DNA from: Abditibacteriaceae bacterium
Lineage (GTDB): Bacteria > Armatimonadota > Abditibacteriia > Abditibacteriales > Abditibacteriaceae
Length of the DNA: 64,000 nt
Assembly (NCBI GenBank): GCA_965277285.1
Contig: OZ255721.1
Location: forward strand, 1,184,001 to 1,248,000
Direction: 5' to 3'
Notes under the pieces: model-generated
The model's database searches: none
What the model saw: only the letters and a program-made list of their open reading frames with translations
What the model was told of the DNA's origin: nothing
Program-made: the position numbers and the translations under genes
In this document: piece after piece, positions 39,292 to 48,791 of the stretch
Layout: each line of letters starts with the position of its first letter
How positions within the stretch are numbered: position 1 is the first letter of the stretch

Positions 39292-40401
39292 TTATGACAG
39301 GTTTGACAGGTTGCGCGCCGTTGTCGTCGAGTTTGTCGCTTTCACTGGCGTGGCCGAAACGCTGTTCAATTGCATCCCGAAAGTGCCGTCAAAGCCCTGC
39401 GTCGAGTTCCAAGCGTGCGTGGCGCCCTGCGCGTCCGGTTTCGTGAGGCCGCTCAAAGTGCTCGTTGCAGAAATCTTCAAAGCGGCGCGCGCGATTCGTC
39501 CGGCGTTGGCGTCGAACCAGAGATCGCCGCTCAGGGTTTTGCTGTCGCTAACGATTTGCATGGTGCCTTTGCTGGCGTCGCGCTTGGGTTTGGCAGCGTT
39601 CAAAATCGCGGCTTTGGCGGCGTCGATGACATACGTTCCGTTCAGCGTGATGTGCTGCAAAGTGACGCCGCCGACAGTTTCCTGGCCGATCAATTTAAAA
39701 TTGGTCGAACCCAGATCGAGCATTCCGCCAGGCGCATTAGCCACCGGAATCTTGGAATTAACAGACCACGTATCACCGGCTTGAAGGTCGCGGTTGGGCC
39801 ACACATCGGGCATCGCGTCCAGCCATTTTTGCATCATTCCCGCGCCACCTCCCGCGACTTTGACGATTTGCGGCGCATTGCGAGTACTCGATACCGCGCT
39901 TTTAGCTGTCGCGCTGCTCGGAATCATAATTACGCCCTGAATGCGTCCCAAACGCGACAAATTCACGGCATATTTTGGATCGACCAGAAACGGCAAAGGA
40001 AAAGTTTTCGGCGGCGAACCATTCAAGCTGAAGGTGCCGACACCATTATTTTCGTTAATAACGGCGTTCATGCCAAACGCCGAACCGGTGAGATTGGCGA
40101 CAGGAACACGCGTGCGAACTGTCGCGCCGCCGTTGCTGTTGGTCGTCAAAGTATCGAAAGCGACCTGTCCGCTGCCCGAAACCGGAACCGCGAGCGGCAT
40201 TCCAGCCCACGGTACGGGCGTCTGATCGCTGGCGTTCAGGTTGACCGTGCCACCCAAAGTCACGTCGTAATTGGCGCTTTGTCCGGCCTGAAACTTTTGC
40301 TCCAGCACAACCGCGTGCGCCGGACGCATCGCGTTCAAAGACAAGGTTCCCGCCACGAACAAAGTCGCGCTCATCACACTTTTTTTCTGCATCCCAATCA
40401 T
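39292..40401 (-). CDS. Secreted beta-rich hypothetical protein
   Basis: Signal peptide ending AHA; AAGGAG RBS; GDTW and LWFD...GR motifs. Confidence 0.65.
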   Translation of the reverse strand: MIGMQKKSVMSATLFVAGTLSLNAMRPAHAVVLEQKFQAGQSANYDVTLGGTVNLNASDQTPVPWAGMPLAVPVSGSGQVAFDTLTTNSNGGATVRTRVPVANLTGSAFGMNAVINENNGVGTFSLNGSPPKTFPLPFLVDPKYAVNLSRLGRIQGVIMIPSSATAKSAVSSTRNAPQIVKVAGGGAGMMQKWLDAMPDVWPNRDLQAGDTWSVNSKIPVANAPGGMLDLGSTNFKLIGQETVGGVTLQHITLNGTYVIDAAKAAILNAAKPKRDASKGTMQIVSDSKTLSGDLWFDANAGRIARAALKISATSTLSGLTKPDAQGATHAWNSTQGFDGTFGMQLNSVSATPVKATNSTTTARNLSNLS

Positions 40402-40450
40402 CCTGCAACTCCTTTTCGAGTACTCGAAAGTACTCGTTTTCGACTTCCGC

Positions 40451-41083
40451 TTATTCATCCCACAAATCGCCCGAAGGCTTGTCTTCGCTGTCATGCAATG
40501 CGCCATGCGCGTGGTGCGCTTCGCCGGAACGTTCCGCTGTTATTTTTTCGGACGGCGTGCGTCCGCTGCCGGAATGTGGCGAAGGCAAGCGCTGCGGGTT
40601 CATCACCATTTCGGTTCCCAACTGATAATATTCGGTGGCCGCGTGGCGCAACTCTTCGGCTGTCGAATATGGGAACGAATAGACTTCGACGCGCACGCCG
40701 CGCGCCTTGAGAAAGTTCACCAGATCCACAAAATCGCCGTCGCCTGAGACAATCGCCACGACATCCAAGCGGTCGCTCATCGCCAGAGCGTCAAGCGCCA
40801 AACCCATATCCCAATCACCTTTGGACGAACCGTCGGGGCGCGTTTTTAAGTCTTTGGAACGGATTTCGTAGCCGTTCGAGCGCAGCATCGCCAGAAAATT
40901 GCTTTGATCGATTTCCGGCGTTTGCACCACATAAGAAATCGCGCGCACCAGCGGCCTGTCGCGCGCGATGAAGTCGAGAAGACGCGCGAAGTTCAGCTTG
41001 GAGCCGTAAAGCTGGCGCGCCGCATAAAACATATTTTGCACGTCGATAAAAACGCCGACGCGCTGTTCAAAGGGAACGGTCAT
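40451..41083 (-). CDS. NYN/LabA-DUF88 (PIN-like) domain protein
   Basis: VFIDVQN, KGDWDM.LA.D, VSGDGDF. Confidence 0.92.
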   Translation of the reverse strand: MTVPFEQRVGVFIDVQNMFYAARQLYGSKLNFARLLDFIARDRPLVRAISYVVQTPEIDQSNFLAMLRSNGYEIRSKDLKTRPDGSSKGDWDMGLALDALAMSDRLDVVAIVSGDGDFVDLVNFLKARGVRVEVYSFPYSTAEELRHAATEYYQLGTEMVMNPQRLPSPHSGSGRTPSEKITAERSGEAHHAHGALHDSEDKPSGDLWDE

Positions 41084-41238
41084 AAATCGAAACCTTGGTT
41101 GAATATCTTTGGATGAAGGACGCTCCAAATTCGTCCGCCAAGCTCTCTGCAGAAATGGCGCCGCCGACAGACGCCACCATTCAATTCCGGTTCAGACACT
41201 TCCATTTTATCACGCGCGTAATGGCTCAGATAACCAAT

Positions 41239-41334
41239 CGTATAACGAACCTGGAGCGTGAGCGACGGGCTGAACTTAGAGTTTTATCAGACTTGCACGG
41301 AAGCCCGTCGCTCACGCTCCAGGTTCGTTATACG
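41239..41334. repeat. REP-like hairpin family B variant
   Basis: 33-bp perfect arms CGTATAACGAACCTGGAGCGTGAGCGACGGGCT. Confidence 0.88.
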
Positions 41335-41400
41335 GTGCGCCTCATTGATTCGCTACTCCATGCGCCGCTTTGCTGCCGTGTTCGCTACACTCTTTGGCGC

Positions 41401-42216
41401 ATGAAAAGTTTGATAAGAAAATATGGCACCGTGGCCGCTTTGGGCTGGCAGGATTCGCTGGTTTATCGTTTCAACGCGCTGGTCTGGGTTTTGTATGCGG
41501 TGTTGCCTTCAGTGACAGCGATGCTGGTCTGGCTCGCCACGTATCAAAGTCATTCGAGTACTCGAATCGGCGGCAAAACCTTACCGGAAATGCTCACTTA
41601 TTATCTTCTGGTGACGGCATTGTCAGTCGCCATTACACCGAACCCCGAATGGGACATCGCGCAGCAAATCCGCGACGGCAAAATCACACCGTTCATCGTG
41701 CGACCAATTGGATATTACGGTTATCGCGTGGCGCAGGAAACGTCCTACCAAGTCATCAAAACCGCGATGATGTTGCCCGCGCTGGCACTTCTCATCTGGG
41801 GTTTTCGCGCGCATTTGGAAATGCCGACGCCCAACTTCGCGCAGTTCACACTTTTTCTTTGCGCTTCGCTGTTGGCGTATGCGTTGTTGACACAGATCAA
41901 ATTTTTGATCGGCATTTCCGCGTTCTGGATCGCTGAACCGGGCGGTTTCATGGAAATATGGAATTTGCTGATGGGCGTTTTGGGCGGGCGACTTTTGCCG
42001 CTTTCGTTGCTGCCATCGAGCTTGAGAGTTCTCAGCGTAGCGCTGCCTTTCGCCTCGCTTTACGATTTCCCAATTCGATTGCTGCAAGGCCAGGCGACAA
42101 CAATTCAAATCGCCGAAGGATTCGCGGTTCAGGGCGCGTGGCTGATCGTGCTTTCGCTGAGCGTGCGCCGCGCGTGGCAAAAAGGTTTGCTGGCTTACGA
42201 AGCGTATGGCGGCTGA
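41401..42216 (+). CDS. ABC-2 family (DUF990-like) permease
   Basis: L.YR, IRDG.I..F.VRP..Y, G...PL.LLP, LPF....FP, YEAYGG end. Confidence 0.85.
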   Translation: MKSLIRKYGTVAALGWQDSLVYRFNALVWVLYAVLPSVTAMLVWLATYQSHSSTRIGGKTLPEMLTYYLLVTALSVAITPNPEWDIAQQIRDGKITPFIVRPIGYYGYRVAQETSYQVIKTAMMLPALALLIWGFRAHLEMPTPNFAQFTLFLCASLLAYALLTQIKFLIGISAFWIAEPGGFMEIWNLLMGVLGGRLLPLSLLPSSLRVLSVALPFASLYDFPIRLLQGQATTIQIAEGFAVQGAWLIVLSLSVRRAWQKGLLAYEAYGG

Positions 42217-42315
42217 ACGTCCGATTGTCTCGGTTACGAAAACTGGTTCAGTTCGCCTCAGCCGATGTGCCAGCGATGCACGTTTTCAATACTTTCTAGA
42301 CCTGATTAGTCGCCA

Positions 42316-42451
42316 TCTCATAAATACAACCAAAAGCTCGAAACTGACAGTTTGTCATTCTGAGCGCAGCGAAGAATCTGGCTGGAGTTAGATTCTTCGC
42401 TGCGCTCAGAATGACAAACTGGTAGTGAGAAGCAGCGATTTATTTATGAGA
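42316..42451. mobile_element. MITE-like unit: TCTCATAAATA...TATTTATGAGA ends enclosing family A hairpin copy 4 (42349-42420)
   Basis: 11-bp terminal inverted repeat flanking the hairpin. Confidence 0.5.
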
Positions 42452-42597
42452 CTACTTGTAGTAGCAAGTTGGACAGCCATAGAATGCTCATTTTGCGTGA
42501 TGCAAGCGCATTATCGAGTACTCGATTCATTGCGTCCAACGCAGGGCAAACGCCTGTATTACAATAGCAGGACGCATCCCCAACACAAAGGAAAGAT

Positions 42598-45500
42598 ATG
42601 AGATATTCAGTCTGCGGCCTGGTTGCTGTTGTGATGAGCGGCCTGACGCTTCAACATGGAAAGGTCGCGCTTGCTCAACCGCAACAAGCGCTGGTGGCGC
42701 AGCCCAATTCGCAGTCGGCGGGACAAATCACCGTTGGTGCAGCGCGCTTCACTGTCTTGACGCCGTTTTGCGTTCGCCTGGAATATGCGCCAAAAAATGG
42801 TTTCGTGGATGAGTCGACACTTTTCGCCAACAATCGCAGCGTCCGTATGTCAGGCGCGAAAATCGTGCGCAACGGCAACAGCATCACGATTGACACCGGC
42901 AAAATGCGGCTGGTTTATCGTCCCGACGGCCAAGCGTTCAACGCGTCCAACCTTCAAGTCACTTTCGCGCAGGGAACGCAAATCAAAAGTTGGAAACCTG
43001 GCCAGGAGAACTTGGGATATCTGGGTGGCCCGCTGCCAACTTTGGATTTCCTGAGCAGTCCGGTCAATTTGCCGCCCGCTTTGCTGTCGCGCGATGGATG
43101 GGCTATTGTGGATGATTCGGGAAGGCCAGTGCGTCCCCATAACTGGATTGCGCCGCGTCCTGGTGGCGGGCCACCCAGCGTGGACGTGACTCCAAAGAAC
43201 ACGGATTTAGACTGGTATCTCTTCGCTTACGGCAACGATTATCGCGCCGCTTTGCAATCTCTCGCAACGATTTCGGGGCGAGTTCCAATGCCGCGCAAAG
43301 AAGTTTTGGGATCGTGGTATTGTCGCTGGCACCCCTACACTTCAGATGAGTTCCGCCAACTGGTGCGCGGCTACGGTGACCACGACTTCCCGCTTGACAT
43401 TATGGTGATGGACATGGATTGGCACACCCAGAACGCCACTTTCAGCCACGTTTACAGCGACAATCCGGGCTGGACGGGCTACACCTGGAACCGCCAGCTT
43501 TTACCTGACGCGGAAAAACTGATCGCGGAGTTCAGGAAAGAAGGCGTTTTCGTGACGCTCAACGACCATCCGCACGATGGCATCCGCGACCACGAAGAAG
43601 TTTATCCCGAGTTCATGCGCTCGCTCGGCCTGACGCCTGCCAAAGGCAACAACGTCGAATTCAACGCGGGCGACAAACGCTATATGGACGCTTTTCTGGC
43701 CGCAGCGCATGGGCCAAAAGAACAAGCGGGCGTCGATTTCTGGTGGTTGGACTGGCAGCAGGACGCGATTTTCCCGTGGGTCAAGGGCGTGCCGGGCCTG
43801 AAACATTTGCCGTGGCTGAACGAACTTTACTATCAATATACGCAGAAAAACGGTTTGCGCGGCCAAAGTTACAGCCGTTGGGGTGGCTGGGGAGATCAGC
43901 GCCATCCCATTTATTTTTCGGGCGACGCGCAGGGCAGTTGGCGAATGCTCGGGTTCGAGGTACCTTTCACTGCCGATTCGGGCAACGGCGGATGCTTTTT
44001 CTGGGCGCACGACACGGGCGCGATTTTCGGGCCGCGCGATCCCGAAAACTACACGCGTTGGACGCAATTCAGCGCGCTGTCGGCAGCTTTGCGCGTTCAC
44101 TCGGCGGGCGATACAGATCGGCGCCCGTGGTTGTGGGGACAGCAGAACGAGTACTCGATGCGCGTCGCGTATCATCTCCGCTCGCAGTTGATGCCTTATA
44201 TTTACACGAGCGTGCGCCAATGTTACGACGATACAGTGCCCTTGCTGCGTCCGATGTATTTTTCTTATCCGACACAGGAAGCGGCTTACCACGCTGCGGG
44301 ACAATATCTGTTTGGCGACAATCTGCTGGTGGCGCCCATCGTGTCGCCAGGCGTCGGGCCGGGCAAAGTCGCCAAGCAAAGCGTGTGGTTTCCTTCCGGC
44401 ACCTGGTTCAACGTGTTCACCGGCGAACGCTTTGAAGACGACTCGCAAAAACTCGTAACCGCCGACTTGAATGAAATGCCGCTTTATGCGCGCGCGGGCG
44501 TTCCCCTGCCGATGCAGCCTTACACGCCGCGCATGGCGACGACACCAATTTCGCAGTTGCGCGTGCGTTGCTATCCGGGCGCCGACGGCGCGATTGGCAC
44601 GTCGAGCCTTTATGAAGACGATGGGCGCAGCGACGCATACCAAAAAAATGGCTTCGCCCGCACGCCGCTTTCTTACACCAGAAAAGGTGACGCCATCACG
44701 GTGACAGTTGGAGCGACGAGGGGAAATTTTCAAGGTCAACTTCGTCAGCGTTCAGTTGTGATCGAGCTTCCTTGCACGACCAAAGCCACGTCGGCAATCT
44801 GGCAAGGCCAGCAACTGAACGCGCAATATGACGAAGAAAGCGGAACCAATCGCATCGAAATTCCAGCCCAATCGATTGAGCGCGCGATTTCGGTTACGGT
44901 ATTGTGCGCGCAACTTGACCCGCAAATACAACGCGACCGCGCGCTTGGGCGTCGTCTGCGCAGCATTTTGGGAAGTGCATCGTCGCCGAACTCGCAGGTG
45001 GTTCTCGCTTCGGCTGCGGATCTTTCTCCCGAACAAGACATGGTTTTAGCGACGCGCGGCATCGGCCTAATAAAGCAAGTGGACGGGCCAAACTTCGCTG
45101 ACCAGGCGCCGCGCTGGGAGTTTTATGCGCCCGCCGGAGCGGTAAAAAATAATCAAATCCAAGTGTCGGTTCGTGGCGGCAGCGAGAGAATGCGGACAAT
45201 GAAAGGCACAGCTTTAGACGTTTCCAACGCGGATCGTCACAACGCGATGCCGGTTGTTCGTTTTCAGAGCGGTGGCCAATCTTTCCGCCTGACGGGTGGA
45301 ACAGGACGTTTGGTGAGCGCCGACAATGTGGCTCTCGATGCCAAAGTTTCGGTTTCTTCCACATCGGAAGGTCACACGCCCGAAGCCGCAATCGATGGCG
45401 TGGCGCGCGGCTATCCCGTAGAGCCGGAAGCTGAATGGGCATCCGACAAGGAGAAAGCTGGCGCAACTTTGCGCTTGCAGTGGAACACGCCGCAGACCGT

Positions 45501-46164
45501 TGATCGCGTTCAACTCTTCGACCGCCCCAACGACGTGGACAACGTGACATCGGGCATTCTCTCGTTTAGCGATGGCAGCACGCTCGAAGTTGGCGCGTTA
45601 AGCAACTACGGCACGATGGTGCGTTTTCCGGCCAAAACCATCACTTCGCTCGAGTTCAAAGTGACGGGTGTTTCACCCAAAACTGAGAATATCGGTCTGT
45701 CCGAAATCGCTGTGTTCCGCGCCGGAACGCAACTGGGAACAATTTACGGCTCGGACAACGTGGCGGGAGCAGCTAAAGTCTCGGCTTCTTCGACCGACAA
45801 GGGATACATGCCTCAAGCCGCCGTTGATGGCGAAGTCGGCGGTTTCCCCAACGAACCAAGCGCTGAATGGTCGTCGGATCACCAACGAGAAGGCGCGACG
45901 CTGCGTTTAGAATGGAACACGCCGCAGACCATCAACCGCATCCAGCTTTTTGACCGCCCGAACCTGACAGATACCATCACGACAGGTTTACTAACCTTCA
46001 GCGACGGCAGCACATTGAAGGTCAACGCGTTATCTAAACAAGGCACGGAATTGAAGTTTCCGGCAAAAATCGTTACTTGGATAACCTTCAGAGTGACGGG
46101 CGTAACACCGAGCACGCAAAGCGCGGGTCTGGCCGAAATCGCCGTATTTCGAGCGCATAGTTGA
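42598..46164 (+). CDS. Secreted glycoside hydrolase family 31 with two C-terminal discoidin-like repeats
   Basis: PLDIMVMDMDWH, GVDFWWLDW, FSGD, YTRWTQF, QYLFGD.LLVAP, LYEDDG; duplicated NVA..AKVS.SS...AEW...LFDRPN...GL.EIAVF. Confidence 0.93.
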   Translation: MRYSVCGLVAVVMSGLTLQHGKVALAQPQQALVAQPNSQSAGQITVGAARFTVLTPFCVRLEYAPKNGFVDESTLFANNRSVRMSGAKIVRNGNSITIDTGKMRLVYRPDGQAFNASNLQVTFAQGTQIKSWKPGQENLGYLGGPLPTLDFLSSPVNLPPALLSRDGWAIVDDSGRPVRPHNWIAPRPGGGPPSVDVTPKNTDLDWYLFAYGNDYRAALQSLATISGRVPMPRKEVLGSWYCRWHPYTSDEFRQLVRGYGDHDFPLDIMVMDMDWHTQNATFSHVYSDNPGWTGYTWNRQLLPDAEKLIAEFRKEGVFVTLNDHPHDGIRDHEEVYPEFMRSLGLTPAKGNNVEFNAGDKRYMDAFLAAAHGPKEQAGVDFWWLDWQQDAIFPWVKGVPGLKHLPWLNELYYQYTQKNGLRGQSYSRWGGWGDQRHPIYFSGDAQGSWRMLGFEVPFTADSGNGGCFFWAHDTGAIFGPRDPENYTRWTQFSALSAALRVHSAGDTDRRPWLWGQQNEYSMRVAYHLRSQLMPYIYTSVRQCYDDTVPLLRPMYFSYPTQEAAYHAAGQYLFGDNLLVAPIVSPGVGPGKVAKQSVWFPSGTWFNVFTGERFEDDSQKLVTADLNEMPLYARAGVPLPMQPYTPRMATTPISQLRVRCYPGADGAIGTSSLYEDDGRSDAYQKNGFARTPLSYTRKGDAITVTVGATRGNFQGQLRQRSVVIELPCTTKATSAIWQGQQLNAQYDEESGTNRIEIPAQSIERAISVTVLCAQLDPQIQRDRALGRRLRSILGSASSPNSQVVLASAADLSPEQDMVLATRGIGLIKQVDGPNFADQAPRWEFYAPAGAVKNNQIQVSVRGGSERMRTMKGTALDVSNADRHNAMPVVRFQSGGQSFRLTGGTGRLVSADNVALDAKVSVSSTSEGHTPEAAIDGVARGYPVEPEAEWASDKEKAGATLRLQWNTPQTVDRVQLFDRPNDVDNVTSGILSFSDGSTLEVGALSNYGTMVRFPAKTITSLEFKVTGVSPKTENIGLSEIAVFRAGTQLGTIYGSDNVAGAAKVSASSTDKGYMPQAAVDGEVGGFPNEPSAEWSSDHQREGATLRLEWNTPQTINRIQLFDRPNLTDTITTGLLTFSDGSTLKVNALSKQGTELKFPAKIVTWITFRVTGVTPSTQSAGLAEIAVFRAHS

Positions 46165-46183
46165 CTCACTTACATTAGCCTGA

Positions 46184-46336
46184 GAGGTTATAAAGAAAGT
46201 GTGAAGAAGTGATCAAACCCGCACTTTGTCATGTTAAGCGAAGCGAAGAATCTAAACCTAAAGCCAGATTCTTCGCTTCACTCAGAATGACAAAGCCTTA
46301 CCTTATTGGCGTTTTGCTCACTTTCTCTACAACCTC
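46184..46336. mobile_element. MITE-like unit with 18-bp imperfect TIRs (GAGGTTATAAAGAAAGTG / CACTTTCTCTACAACCTC) enclosing degenerate family A hairpin copy 5
   Basis: TIRs match 16/18; hairpin at about 46225-46295. Confidence 0.55.
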
Positions 46337-46409
46337 GCAGAATGACAAACTGCGATTTTCAGGGCGGTTGATGGACGTTCTCCACGAACCAACGACCTTA
46401 CAACCACAA

Positions 46410-46448
46410 AAAGCGCCCGCTTCAATTTCTACTTGAAGCGAGCGCTTT
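46410..46448 (-). terminator. Probable terminator of the 46468-47337 gene
   Basis: AAAGCGCCCGCTTCAA...TTGAAGCGAGCGCTTT with an A-tract on the + strand. Confidence 0.6.
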
Positions 46449-46467
46449 CTATTTCGATTACTCGATA

Positions 46468-47337
46468 TTACTGTCCGGCCATTGTCGAATCCGGCGTGGT
46501 TGTGGTGGAGGACGAGCTGTTCGTCGTGGTCGACGTATCGGGCGCCGTCGTGGTCGTGGTGGTTGTCGAACTCGTGTCGGGCGCGGTGGTTGTCGACGAG
46601 TTATCGGTCATCGTCGAACCATCAGCAGCAGTCGTGTTGGTGACTGTAGTCGAGCGTGTTGTTGTCGAGTGACGGTCAACCGTTGTGGTTTGCATCGCAC
46701 CCGAATTGTCCATGCCGCTCATGCCGGTGTTCATCATCATCGAATGAAAGGGCATCATCTGGCGAAGGTGCTTGCGCGCGAGGTTGGCGCGCTTGTGCAT
46801 CGCCATTTTAATCGCTCCGCTATCCGTCATGTTAAAACGCATCTGGCTGGTCATCACAGCAGCTTCGTGGTCTTTGTGCTGCGCCATCAAAATCTCGGCG
46901 GTGCTGCCCAAAACTGGCGGTTTAAAAATGGTGGCATCAGCGGGGTTGCCGCCATTAACGCGACACAAGTGCATCAACATCGGCCCGGCGGCTTTATGTT
47001 CGGCTTCCCAGCGCCCGAAGGTTCGCGCCAAACGCATATTCTCCATGCCGCCCATGTGCATCAAGGCCATACGCTGAACGTGCAACGAGTGGATTTCGGT
47101 CTTTTCTTCGCTTAAAGTTTGAATCAACATCTGCGCATTCTTCATTCGCATATCGGAACGCGACATTCCTGACATTGAACCGCTTGAGGTCGAACTTTCC
47201 GACATACTGGTGTTGGTCGAAGTGCTGTCGGTGGCCGCGCCGACATTGGTGTCATAGCCAGCGTGCGCCGCGCTGCCCATGACGCTCAGACAACCTGCAA
47301 CGACAACCGCTTTGCCCCAACTTTTGGTGATACTCAT
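46468..47337 (-). CDS. Secreted Met/His-rich helical protein with Ser/Thr-rich termini
   Basis: Signal peptide ending AHA; GAGGAG RBS; Met/His-rich core. Confidence 0.7.
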   Translation of the reverse strand: MSITKSWGKAVVVAGCLSVMGSAAHAGYDTNVGAATDSTSTNTSMSESSTSSGSMSGMSRSDMRMKNAQMLIQTLSEEKTEIHSLHVQRMALMHMGGMENMRLARTFGRWEAEHKAAGPMLMHLCRVNGGNPADATIFKPPVLGSTAEILMAQHKDHEAAVMTSQMRFNMTDSGAIKMAMHKRANLARKHLRQMMPFHSMMMNTGMSGMDNSGAMQTTTVDRHSTTTRSTTVTNTTAADGSTMTDNSSTTTAPDTSSTTTTTTTAPDTSTTTNSSSSTTTTPDSTMAGQ

Positions 47338-47517
47338 TTCTTTTCTCCTCAACGATTTTCCGACTGTAGCCACGCGAGTTTTCAGATTTCCCGCGCTCTT
47401 TGCGGCCTGACGCGAGAGCAACACGCGTGCCGCCTGACACATTTTTCTGTCTTTGACAAACAACAGGGCCGTCTTTCGAGTACTCAATTCGAGTCCTCGA
47501 ATTGACCATTTTTCACT

Positions 47518-48306
47518 TCAAAACAAGGTGCCCTGCGCGTTTTCTTCGGGCGGCAATTCGCGTGGCGACAAGCCCAAACGTTGTGCGAAATTTTGCGCAC
47601 TGCCTGGCGAAAATCCCGCCCAGTGATTGTTGAAAAATCCCCACACTTCGCGCACTGGCAAATCGGAAATTACGTCCGCCCATTGACGTTCTTCGGCTTC
47701 ACGGTCTTTCTTAATTTCGTTCAGCGCCCCAAATTCTTCGTATCGGTTTCCCAGCCAGCGAATGTAAGAGAAATCCGCCGTTACATAAACCTGCGGCACA
47801 AAGTTGCCGAAATCGGCCAACGTCCACGCGATATTGTGCTGGCGCAACAGTTCGGCGATGCGGTCACAAAACCACGTTTGGTGCCGAAACTCCATTGCGA
47901 ATTGCCAATCTTTGGGAAGCAATGGCAGGAAATCGCGCAAGGCGCTTTCGCCTTCCTGCGCTGACCAATCGGGCGGAAATTGCAGCAAAATCGGGCCGCG
48001 TTTTTCTTCCAGCGCCGACATCGCATCGAGAAAACCTTCCAGTTCGTCTTCGCAATCGAGCAAATGTTTGTCATGCGTGACTGAACGCGGCATTTTGGCG
48101 GCAAAGCGAAAATCGTCTGTCACGCGGCGCTTCCAACTTTCGACTACGCGTTTGGCGGGCGTGTGATACCACGTCGAATCGATTTCGACCGTCGAAAATT
48201 GACGTGCGTAAAACGTCAGTTCGTCCACTTTGGATGGATAAAAAGCGCCTTTCCAATCATCGAACCGCCAACTGCTGGTGCCCAGATGAATATCGGGAAT
48301 GTTCAT
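47518..48306 (-). CDS. DUF72 domain protein (second paralog)
   Basis: LGTSSW...W, VEIDSTWY, LLQFPP, EFRH, YIRW.G, FFNNH. Confidence 0.92.
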   Translation of the reverse strand: MNIPDIHLGTSSWRFDDWKGAFYPSKVDELTFYARQFSTVEIDSTWYHTPAKRVVESWKRRVTDDFRFAAKMPRSVTHDKHLLDCEDELEGFLDAMSALEEKRGPILLQFPPDWSAQEGESALRDFLPLLPKDWQFAMEFRHQTWFCDRIAELLRQHNIAWTLADFGNFVPQVYVTADFSYIRWLGNRYEEFGALNEIKKDREAEERQWADVISDLPVREVWGFFNNHWAGFSPGSAQNFAQRLGLSPRELPPEENAQGTLF

Positions 48307-48773
48307 ATTTCGAGTACTCGATTCGTCATCGGCGCAATCGGCTTGTAGGACAAGGCGCTTGCCAAAACGTCTTCTGGCTTGCTCTGCGTGCCAAAGTTCA
48401 GACGCGGCACGCCCAACGTGCGCCGCAACATTTCAACCCAGAAAGCAAGTTCGTGGTCTGCATAAACGCCATATTCCGAAAAGCCAATGCGCCAAATCAG
48501 TTCCAGTTGTTCATCGCGCGAAAGATCGGCAATATAAGGCGCGTCGGGTGTAAGGGCAAACTTTGCGAACTCTTCCATGCTCATGGAACTGGCGGCGCCG
48601 ACCAAATCTTCAACGGAACAAGGGCGCGCGACCAAAAGGTTGAACTCGCTCAAGCAGGAACTAAAATCACAGCCCGAATCCACCTGCCCGACAATTTTAC
48701 TTGCAAGACGAGCCACAATTCCGATTTGCTTTTCATCTAATTTCCGTGGCAATAAAGCTTCGCGCAGTTCCAT
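48303..48773 (-). CDS. Hypothetical protein, possibly bacteriocin-immunity-like
   Basis: MELR..L.P..L, ..DLSRDE.LELI.RI, ..PEDVL..ALSYKPI pattern; family call from recall only. Confidence 0.5.
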   Translation of the reverse strand: MELREALLPRKLDEKQIGIVARLASKIVGQVDSGCDFSSCLSEFNLLVARPCSVEDLVGAASSMSMEEFAKFALTPDAPYIADLSRDEQLELIWRIGFSEYGVYADHELAFWVEMLRRTLGVPRLNFGTQSKPEDVLASALSYKPIAPMTNRVLEI

Positions 48774-48791
48774 AACTTCAGTTTCCTGATT

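Noticed and set aside
41095..41400. N-terminal extension of the ABC-2 permease ORF
   Set aside because: It runs through a family B hairpin; family similarity begins at ATG 41401.
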